From a virus, in the IMG/VR virus record IMGVR_UViG_3300020159_003728, positions 2,396-66,395 of that record: 64,000 bases of DNA; one strand, written 5' to 3'. Both the position numbers and the translations under genes were made by a program. Position 1 is the stretch's first letter, and each line of letters starts with the position of its first letter. The notes under the pieces were generated by a model that was given only the letters and a program-made list of their open reading frames with translations, made no database searches and was not told the DNA's origin. Of this stretch, positions 25,762 through 34,400 are shown one piece after another.

Positions 25762-26970
25762 ATGGACCTATTTAGTTTAGGAAATCTACACCTTTCTGAT
25801 TTTTTGGCAGAAGGTGAAGAGCCTCGGTGCGAGCCTGTTGATTTAGGTCTTGAGTGGGACGAGACTCTGGGGTGTGCTCGCCTAAAGCAGGCAGCCGACT
25901 CAGAGTTTATGTATGGCCGTTACTGGTACCGATCAGGAACTAATCAGACGATGAAGGATGAGCTCGCAGGAATTGTTTCATCGGCAATTCATATCAAGGG
26001 CAAGCAGAACATTCATCTATGGCTTGACATCGCATGCAATGACGGAACTTTGCTTTCAAATGTGCCGAAGAATATCTACAGGGTCGGCATTGACCCAGCA
26101 GACGAGACTTTTACCAATGAGGCAAAGCAACACGCAGACAAGGTAGTGCGTGACTATTTCTCTGCCGAGGCATACCCCGCGGGAACACCTAAGGCAGACA
26201 TCATCACATGCATTGCCATGTTTTACGACCTAGATGATCCGCGGCCCTTTTTGAAAGATGCGTACTCTGTCCTTGATGATGATGGTGTATTCATTCTACA
26301 AATGAGTTACACGCCCCTAATGTTGGCCCAGACAGCGTTTGACAACATTTGCCACGAACATATTTATTATTACAGCCTTGAGTCAATTACCAAACTGTTC
26401 AACTCTTGCGGGTTCCAAATCATGGACTGCCAACTGAACGATGTGAATGGCGGAAGTTTCCGAATCTATGCAATGAAGGATGTTGCCGACAAGACGAAGT
26501 TCGGAACCCAGCCCCATCGAGATGTATGTAAATTCAGGGTCGAATCGGTGCTAGCGCACGAGAAGGAAACAGGAGTAAATACACCCGAGGTGTGGAACGA
26601 CTTCTTTGCAAAGATCGAAAACCTAAAGGCACAAACTCTTGAGTTCCTCAAGAACGCCAAAGAAGAGGGTAAGACGGTGTGGGGCTACGGCGCTTCTACA
26701 AAGGGTAACACCCTTCTGCAATACTTTGGTATTGACGAAACCTTAATTGATGCAATTGCTGAGCGTTCGCCATATAAGTTTGGTCTTCGTACAATTGGAA
26801 CCAACATTCCTATTAAGTCGGAAGAGGAAATGCGTGAAGCAAATCCAGATTACCTACTTGTGCTTCCTTGGCATTTCCGCGCCGAGTTCCTTGTCCGTGA
26901 AAAGGCATTTATCGAGAATGGTGGCAGGTTTGTATTCCCTTGTCCAGTATTTGATGTAGTTGGTTCATGA
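25762..26970 (+). CDS. NDP-sugar C-methyltransferase-like SAM-dependent methyltransferase
   Basis: LDIACNDGTLL, FDNICHEHIYYY, WGYGASTKGNTLLQY and PDYLLVLPWHF. AAGGAG precedes ATG 25762. Confidence 0.9.
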   Translation: MDLFSLGNLHLSDFLAEGEEPRCEPVDLGLEWDETLGCARLKQAADSEFMYGRYWYRSGTNQTMKDELAGIVSSAIHIKGKQNIHLWLDIACNDGTLLSNVPKNIYRVGIDPADETFTNEAKQHADKVVRDYFSAEAYPAGTPKADIITCIAMFYDLDDPRPFLKDAYSVLDDDGVFILQMSYTPLMLAQTAFDNICHEHIYYYSLESITKLFNSCGFQIMDCQLNDVNGGSFRIYAMKDVADKTKFGTQPHRDVCKFRVESVLAHEKETGVNTPEVWNDFFAKIENLKAQTLEFLKNAKEEGKTVWGYGASTKGNTLLQYFGIDETLIDAIAERSPYKFGLRTIGTNIPIKSEEEMREANPDYLLVLPWHFRAEFLVREKAFIENGGRFVFPCPVFDVVGS

Positions 26971-27914
26971 GAGTTCTCTATGTAAACCATGGTCTTGGTA
27001 CTCAATGTGGCGTTCATGACTTCGGCAAGAGACAGTTCAGCGAGCTAGCTACGAGTTCACTTTTCGAATCATTTTATGAAGAGTGTAATTCTGCCGAAGA
27101 CTATGCAAGCGCCTATTCACGACATCAGCCAGAAATTGTATTTTTTAACTACATGCCTGTAGTTATGCCGTGGATGTCAGTAGCTGCAGTGGCGCATTTG
27201 CCGGCAAAAAGAATTGTTGTACAACATCTGTTTGATCCAACAACAGTAGTTGCAATCATGAATAGCTATTCAGGGATTTTTGATTACATGATCTGCAATG
27301 ACCCCACACTAAAGGTTTCTGATAAACGAATTTTTCCCGTAGCTAGGACTATTCAAAAATATGAGTTTTTGCACACTGGCCCAAGTCATGAGGAAATCAA
27401 AATAGGTAGTTTTGGATTTGGTCTTCCTCACAAAAATTTCCATCTCATTATGAGAGAAATAAACAAACATTTTGATAATGCGGTATTCAATCTTCATATG
27501 ACTATTGGTTCATTTACCGGCGATTATACAGAGTCGCTAATTCAGTCGATTCGTGCCGAAATTACAAAGCCAAATATTCGCCTAAACCATACCTACGACT
27601 ATCGTTCAGAATACGAAATTATTGAGATGCTCGCGTCAAATGATATAAATGCACTGTTCTATGAGATTCCTCCAAGTAATGCTGGAATCTCTTCATCTGC
27701 TGATTATTTGATTGCATCTGGGAAACCAATGCTTTTAACGGATTGTGCATTATTTAGGCATATCGATTCGAGTGTTCCTCGTTATCCAGAAACTACTTTC
27801 CGGGCAATTATTGATAGTTATGACAGCTACTCACAAAATGCATTAACAACCAGAGACAAATATGCCAATCAGTTTGTATCAGATATTGAAAATATGTTTA
27901 AGGACATAGCATGA
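26967..27914 (+). CDS. Putative GT-B glycosyltransferase
   Basis: MRVLYV N-terminus, IGSFGFGLPHKNF and GISSSADYLIASGKPMLLT. Lies in a sugar-modification cassette. Confidence 0.7.
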   Translation: MRVLYVNHGLGTQCGVHDFGKRQFSELATSSLFESFYEECNSAEDYASAYSRHQPEIVFFNYMPVVMPWMSVAAVAHLPAKRIVVQHLFDPTTVVAIMNSYSGIFDYMICNDPTLKVSDKRIFPVARTIQKYEFLHTGPSHEEIKIGSFGFGLPHKNFHLIMREINKHFDNAVFNLHMTIGSFTGDYTESLIQSIRAEITKPNIRLNHTYDYRSEYEIIEMLASNDINALFYEIPPSNAGISSSADYLIASGKPMLLTDCALFRHIDSSVPRYPETTFRAIIDSYDSYSQNALTTRDKYANQFVSDIENMFKDIA

Positions 27915-28534
27915 ATTTTTATTCTCAGGCAGGCCAAGACAAATGGGTTCTTGATGTTACAAAAAACAAAAAATCCAAAAAGTTTTTTGTTGATATTGGA
28001 GCATACGATGGAATTAATACAAGCAACACAATGGCACTCGAAGAAAGTGGCTGGACTGGCCTATGCGTAGAAGCAAGTCCTGAGGTGTTTATATCTCTGG
28101 CTCAAAATCGGCCAGCAGCTACCAATCTTCATATGGCCGCAGCATCATTTAATGGTCAGCTAAATTTTTCAGGATTCTCATCTACATCTGATAAGTCCGC
28201 ACCGCTTATTCCTTGCGCAACCCTTGATGCAATTCTGGAAATGACTGATTGTCCTCAAGTAATCGACTATTTATCAATGGATATTGAAGGCATGGAGCCA
28301 GATGTTCTGGAAGTATTTGATTTTTCAAAATATCAAATCAATACTGCAACAATTGAACATAATCTATACATGAATGGCTCTGAGAATAAAGACAAGATAT
28401 TTAACATCATGTCAAAAAATGGATTTATTCGTGTCGTAGAAGACGCACCGTGCCTTGACACAAATCCACTGTATTACATGAAGCCATATGAGGATTGGTA
28501 TGTGCGAGAAGAGTTTCTACTTTCCGAAAGTTGA
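27911..28534 (+). CDS. FkbM-family methyltransferase
   Basis: YSQAGQD, FVDIGAYDG..SNT, GWTGLCVE and IDYLSMDIEG. Confidence 0.9.
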   Translation: MNFYSQAGQDKWVLDVTKNKKSKKFFVDIGAYDGINTSNTMALEESGWTGLCVEASPEVFISLAQNRPAATNLHMAAASFNGQLNFSGFSSTSDKSAPLIPCATLDAILEMTDCPQVIDYLSMDIEGMEPDVLEVFDFSKYQINTATIEHNLYMNGSENKDKIFNIMSKNGFIRVVEDAPCLDTNPLYYMKPYEDWYVREEFLLSES

Positions 28535-29251
28535 TACTTTCTGATTATAGGAATCAATATTCCCCATAATCAGATCCTTTGTTCCATGACAATCAAGTGA
28601 TTCGTGGGATACGGAACCAGGCAAATATCCGGCCGTTAAATTATTTGCCATAAGATATGGCTGAATCATTCGCTCTGCCAGGTGACCGGCAAAGACATGC
28701 TCTTTAAACGAATCAAATGCTGGTTCAAACCATCTCATAAAGTTACAAAAATCAGCAGTTCTCCATGCCACCCCCTGTGTGGTCGGCCAGATTTCAAACG
28801 GCACATTGGCCTTTAGGTCTTCCCAGTTCTCGCCACAAGCGCGTATTCCGGCAACCTGATGTTCGTAAAAATTAGGCAGAGCAAGTGTCCAGAGTTCTGG
28901 TCCTGCCGGCGAGTATCCGACCATGTGATTGCTCTGTAGTGCCTCTTGGGTTTTGCCTTCAATGTCCTCAGTAATGATTGAATGATCGTACTGTAGGAAA
29001 ATTGCATTATCTGCATCAATCATCTCATTGACAGCAAGGACAAACCAACCAGTAAAGTCATAAAACTGTGGCAAATGTTCATAATTCGGATGACTATCTT
29101 TGCAAACTATAACCTTTATCCCTGGATCTATATCGAGATTTCGTGGTCCAACAAATAGGTATGTGTGACTGACCAGGTCAAACTTCCCCGATTGTTCGCA
29201 TTCTCGAATTAGTGTTGAGTCATGAACAGTTATGTATGTCTCTATTGACAC
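28517..29251 (-). CDS. Putative glycosyltransferase-like protein
   Basis: FLQYD and GHLAERM motifs. GGAGGT precedes GTG 29251. Cassette context. Confidence 0.55.
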   Translation of the reverse strand: MSIETYITVHDSTLIRECEQSGKFDLVSHTYLFVGPRNLDIDPGIKVIVCKDSHPNYEHLPQFYDFTGWFVLAVNEMIDADNAIFLQYDHSIITEDIEGKTQEALQSNHMVGYSPAGPELWTLALPNFYEHQVAGIRACGENWEDLKANVPFEIWPTTQGVAWRTADFCNFMRWFEPAFDSFKEHVFAGHLAERMIQPYLMANNLTAGYLPGSVSHESLDCHGTKDLIMGNIDSYNQKVSTFGK

Positions 29252-29264
29252 AAGGACCTCCAAA

Positions 29265-29921
29265 TTGAACTTACATCATTTTTATCACATATACGCTGAC
29301 GGGGATTGGATGGAACCAGTCTCTGATCATTTAATCGCACTAACCAGACGGTCGTTCGATAAACAATTATCCTCACTCAATATAGGATTTGTTGGCTCTA
29401 AGGAAAATATTGAATCAGTTAAGATATTTTTGAGCGATAATGGCATTGTTTACAACTCAATTGCCGAAGAAGAATCTGGGTGGGAGCAAGTTACCCTAGA
29501 GTATGTCCACAAATTCTCTAAAGAGAATGATGGGATTGTCATTTATTCACATTCGAAAGGCTCAGCGCACCCTAGTAAAATAAATACTTCCTGGAGACGA
29601 AGTATGGAATATTACAATTTTGTCAAGTGGGAGCGACCGCTAAATGCGCTTATGGATGGAATGTATCTTGCTGGGTGCCACTGGCTGATTGTTAGCCCCA
29701 ACTCGGAAGATGAGGCTCAGTTTTACGGTGGAACATACTGGTGGGCTCGATGTGACGCACTAAGACTTAATCACCCACTGGAGTATGTTAATAGGTACTA
29801 CGCCGAACACTGGATTGGTCAGTTAAGAACAGTTCTCCCATTGACAGTTGGCAAGACAATTCTTGACATGACAGAAGATAGCCCAATAGCCATTGGGTAT
29901 CTGAAGGACGACTGGATTTAG
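29265..29921 (+). CDS. Putative glycosyltransferase-like protein
   Basis: HFYHIY, YSHSKG..WRRSMEY, YGGTYWW and RYYAEHWIG. TTG start after AAGGA; ATG 29232 is an alternative start. Confidence 0.55.
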   Translation: MNLHHFYHIYADGDWMEPVSDHLIALTRRSFDKQLSSLNIGFVGSKENIESVKIFLSDNGIVYNSIAEEESGWEQVTLEYVHKFSKENDGIVIYSHSKGSAHPSKINTSWRRSMEYYNFVKWERPLNALMDGMYLAGCHWLIVSPNSEDEAQFYGGTYWWARCDALRLNHPLEYVNRYYAEHWIGQLRTVLPLTVGKTILDMTEDSPIAIGYLKDDWI

Positions 29922-29929
29922 ATAATGTT

Positions 29930-29963
29930 TAGGTAGTTTTTGACTACTGAGCCAAACTACCTA
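29930..29963. terminator. Inverted repeat, possible terminator
   Basis: TAGGTAGTTT-N14-AAACTACCTA just after the stop codon. Confidence 0.45.
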
Positions 29964-30010
29964 ACTAGATCTTCATATTCCTAGAGTAAAATTGAAGACT
30001 AAGGAGCATT

Positions 30011-31159
30011 ATGAACCGTCGTGTTTTAGCTGGAAAAGCCCTAGGTGAGCGTATCGGTGACATGGGTAAACCCATGCGCGATGGCGACGGCGACGGTAAA
30101 TGCCGTGAGGTTGGCGGTAAGTTCATTCCATGTCCCCCAGGGATTGATGCCGATACAATTCTAGGCAATCTCACTGACCCGATTGACATATTTGACGGCG
30201 TAGATCTTGATCTATTTGATGACGAGTATGAACTCGAGCGCAGCGCGGTAGTTGAAGATTGGCAACAGTGGGAAGAGTGTCGTTCAATTCGACAAGAAGC
30301 TTACAAAATTGTTAGCGGGTCAGAATCTGTCGCTGATCCATACCTTCGTCGATCTGAACCAAATTTCTTTGGTGATCCGACAATTGCAAAAAGCAAACCC
30401 AGTCACAGCCAAGAAGTTTCTAGGTCCGAGGCTAGGTACCTCTTAAACCGGCTTGTAGAGAATGTACAGCAAGGTGAAGTACGAAATTCCCCACTTTATA
30501 GAGCAATGGAATTACCAAGTGACCCAGAAGCTGTGCTATCAAGCCTTGAGGAAGGCAAAATTGTGGACATTCCATTAATGGCAACTGCAACAGAAGCTCG
30601 CCAAGGAACAAATAATTTTTTAGCTAAGTACGGGCAGGATATTTTATTAAAAATAGACGGCCCTAGTGTTGGAATAGGCGGTGATGCTCTGGCCACCCTG
30701 GCATCTGAACAAGATGAAGATGAGCTGCTTAATTACTTAGAGATGTTGGCAAATGACTGGATTAATTTTCCCTCAGATGAGGGTTCTTTGACAGACTCGG
30801 CAGATCAACTACTTGAACTAATACAACAATACGAAGAAGCACGCCGTCTTCAAAATTACAAAAATCTTGCTAAAACCAAGAAAGAACTTCTTGAAATGAT
30901 GGAAGAATACGACTTGCATCCCGTCGGGATGCATTTCGCTGGCGATGAATTGGACGAAAGTCATCCTGACTTTTACGAGCGGATCGAAGATCCATCTACA
31001 AACCCATTACGAGAGGTTATTACTGGTGGTCGATTCAAGGTGTCTAAAGTTGAGGACGACCCCTCTGGGACTTACAAGCGTATTGTGACAATGTCGCATA
31101 TTGGGGTATTTGATCCCCGTCAGCCAGGTTCACTAACACCAATCAAGGGAGCTCGTTAA
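30011..31159 (+). CDS. Putative ADP-ribosyltransferase (R-S-E clade) with an N-terminal DGDGDG tag
   Basis: PLYRAM, PLMATAT (at the STS position) and REVITGGRFKV in the expected order. AAGGAG RBS. Confidence 0.7.
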   Translation: MNRRVLAGKALGERIGDMGKPMRDGDGDGKCREVGGKFIPCPPGIDADTILGNLTDPIDIFDGVDLDLFDDEYELERSAVVEDWQQWEECRSIRQEAYKIVSGSESVADPYLRRSEPNFFGDPTIAKSKPSHSQEVSRSEARYLLNRLVENVQQGEVRNSPLYRAMELPSDPEAVLSSLEEGKIVDIPLMATATEARQGTNNFLAKYGQDILLKIDGPSVGIGGDALATLASEQDEDELLNYLEMLANDWINFPSDEGSLTDSADQLLELIQQYEEARRLQNYKNLAKTKKELLEMMEEYDLHPVGMHFAGDELDESHPDFYERIEDPSTNPLREVITGGRFKVSKVEDDPSGTYKRIVTMSHIGVFDPRQPGSLTPIKGAR

Positions 31160-31338
31160 TGAAATTATTTTTCCTCGATTTTGATGGACTATCAGAACCA
31201 CAAAAGCGTCAAATACCAAGACCGAAGCGACGCCGCAAAGGAAAGCAAACTAAGCGCCGAAACAATAAAGTTCAATCTATTAAGGTTCCGCTAGTTCCAG
31301 CTAAGACGAACTCACGGCAGAAAAAACGACATATTTAA
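31159..31338 (+). CDS. Small basic protein (59 aa), not in the ORF track
   Basis: TAATG overlap with the ART stop; MKLFFLDFDGLSEP..RRRKGK..KKRHI*. Confidence 0.55.
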   Translation: MKLFFLDFDGLSEPQKRQIPRPKRRRKGKQTKRRNNKVQSIKVPLVPAKTNSRQKKRHI

Positions 31339-31409
31339 CCTATTGTCAAGTCAATTTATCCTTATTCTTTATGGGGTAAAATTGATAGAGTTATGGAAGG
31401 TTCCTTTTA

Positions 31410-34400
31410 ATGGACAAGCATTCACTCACATTTAAACTGATTAATCAGATTGTCGACGCAGGCATCAACATCGTCCAATTTGATGTGAATCAAAAAGCCG
31501 CAGACGACCTCCCAAATAAGCCGTCTGTATCCAAAATACGAAGAAAAATAAAATTCCGCCGCCTTGATGGTGATGGCGATCAAATGACCAGTATCTTGTC
31601 TCCAACAGGGGAGGACAATGTGCCGGTGGCAAATGTCGTTGCCCGGTATGCCTCTCTCGGGGTTGAACTGGTCGACCGAGATATTCTCGAGGATCGACTT
31701 AACGGATTAAGCCTTGAGCAGGCGGCCGAAAAATACAAAATGGATCAAGCCGAAATTAGCAAACGCGAAGTGCGTGTTGCGGCGGCAATGCGTCAGCTTG
31801 GTGAAGAGATACCGTCCAGCACTTCACCCGCTCAAAAAATTGGACCAACGATTGGTAGTTCTCGTCGTTCCCGAGTTGGATCATTATCTAAACCAGCATC
31901 ACCCTCAATCACGGCAACCGAAGCACCAAAGAAGCGCGGACGACCTCCTTTGTCAGAAGTTGTCCAGGCCGAGCGTCGTGCCGCTCACCAGGCTGCCAAA
32001 GAAAAAAAGAAGCGCGAACGCAAGCTCTTGTCAGAGGCCGCCCAAGCCGAGCGTCGTGCTGCTCAGGGTCCAGTAAGAGCCAAGCGTGGCCGCAAGAAGC
32101 TTACCGAGGCGGAACGAAATGGCATAATTTCGGACTTGCAGTCGGGCATGCCATTGGCAGAAATCGTCAGTAAATATTCAATATCAGAAACCACCCTTTC
32201 TAAAATCAGCAAAGAGTCTGGCTTGTCTGGAAAAATCAAAAGAGGCCCGGGTAGGCCGATTCCACCACAAACACGAGACGCAATTTTCAAAGATCACGAC
32301 GCCAATCCAAATATGACGGTCATGGAGCTTGCTGCAAAATACTCTGTAGATCCAAAGTCTGTTCTTAGGGCTTTTAAAAACAGTTCCGTTGGCGCAGATG
32401 GTAAAAGAACAAGTACGGATAGTGCCAAGGCAAACGCAATAGCCGACCGGCTCATCAATACAAATGACAATTTGCAAGATATTGCAAAAGATTTTGGCGT
32501 TAGTAGACAGTATGTCGACATGCTCGGTAAAAAACTTGGTTTACGAACAACAAAACGCACACGAAAGCCAATGCCATCGCAGCCGGAGCCAGCCAATTTG
32601 CCGGAAATGCGCGACTTTATTCGTAGCAATCCATCGACCACAATAAGAAAAATACAAAACGAGTTCCCGGGTATCGGGGAAGTGAGAATTAGGAAAGAAC
32701 GAAACGCGATTCTTGGCGTTGATAAAGATACGCGCATGACTTCAACCATAAATCAAGTGACTAAAATTTATGACGAGTTAGCATACGAGGGTATGACAGA
32801 ACAGGATCGCACTGCTCTAGTAGGTGTAATTGCCGAAAAACTCGGAATACCAGTCACTCGTGCAAGTCTGCTTGTTTCACGAATCTCTACTGGCGTCAAA
32901 TCAAAAAGAGGCAATAAGATTTCTAATGCGGTTCGCGCATATGAAACGGCTGTGCGAAAAAATCCATCTGCGAAGAAGGGTCAATTACTTATTGACATTG
33001 CAAAAAAATATGACACCACACCGCAATCTATTTTGGCATCAATTCAAGCTCGCAATTCAGGTGAGGGCAAGGGTCCGGGGGCTGCAATAATTGCAGCTTT
33101 CACCAAGCGGGCCGAGGCAGAGGACTTTTTCATGAGAAGGCGCGCCGATGTATACGAGGAAATCGCCAAAGAACTAGGGCGTTCACCATCGAGTGTTCAG
33201 ACTATCATTTCTCGATATTCTCGAGTGAAGTATCCAGATAAAAAAGCAAGAGCTGATTTTGCAAAAGCTAATATCGTTAAACGAGATTATGAAATGCTCA
33301 AGTCACTTCTTTCAGGTACGGATATTAAAAAGATTGCACAGTCTAATAAATTAACCGAAAAGGAAGTTCTAAAACGAACAGAACTTCTTAAAGGTCTATT
33401 GCGAAAGCATAATAAACCACTGATGCAGTGGTCTGCGCGCGATACTGATGCCCCAACCCCACTGCCGCTCCCACCATCTCGTAGACGCTTCTGGTCAGAA
33501 ATGGGCCGACTGAGAGACGACGAGAACCCAGATGAGGTCATTGCTAAGGGTATTGCTGCGTCTCCGGGAACTGCTGTTGGGAAGGTGTACTTCACTACTG
33601 AAGAGGCGATCACTGCTTCGGAGCGCGGCGAAAAAGTCATCTTAGTGCAAAACGAAACAAGACCTGAAGATGTTCAGGGAATAATGGCGGCCGAAGGTGT
33701 TTTGACGGCCCGCGGTGGTCTTGTGAGTCACGCAGCGATATCTGCTCGCGGCGAAGGAAAGCCAGCAGTTGTAGGAGTAGAAGCCGTCAAGATTGATGGA
33801 AAAAAGTTTACCGTTGGCGACATTGTTGTCAAAGAAGGCGATGTCATTTCGCTTGATGGAACAACTGGCGAAATCTTCCTTGGAAAATTACCATCTCGAT
33901 CTACTTCACCGGGTGAGAGCACTGTTCCTAAAAAATCTAAACCGACGACAACAAGAAAAAAAGTAGGGGGATACCCATTTAAGGGCATGACTCAAAAGGA
34001 TCTTGCGGCTGAGTATGCAATTCAGAAAGAATCTGCACAAAAAATATTAGATGACGAAAGAAGTAAGCGTCTTAAACAGAATCAACCGTTGCAAAACATT
34101 CTTTCATCCCTGCTTGATATTGAGGATTATGAATTGACCGACGACAAAGACAAGGACTCTCTTTCTAGGGATATTCAATTAGTGAAAACATTCGTTGATG
34201 AAAAATTAAAATTTGACAGTACTGACAATCCATTAGTCGTTGGTTACGCCACCCAGTTGGTTGCAATATCAAAATTACTAAAACTTCGGAGCAAGCAGCG
34301 TGCACTAACTGCAGATGAAACGAAGCTAATGAATGATCTTTCTGTTATCTTTGAGGATGATAGTGATTTTCGAGGTGGCAATGATCGCCCCTTGATGATG

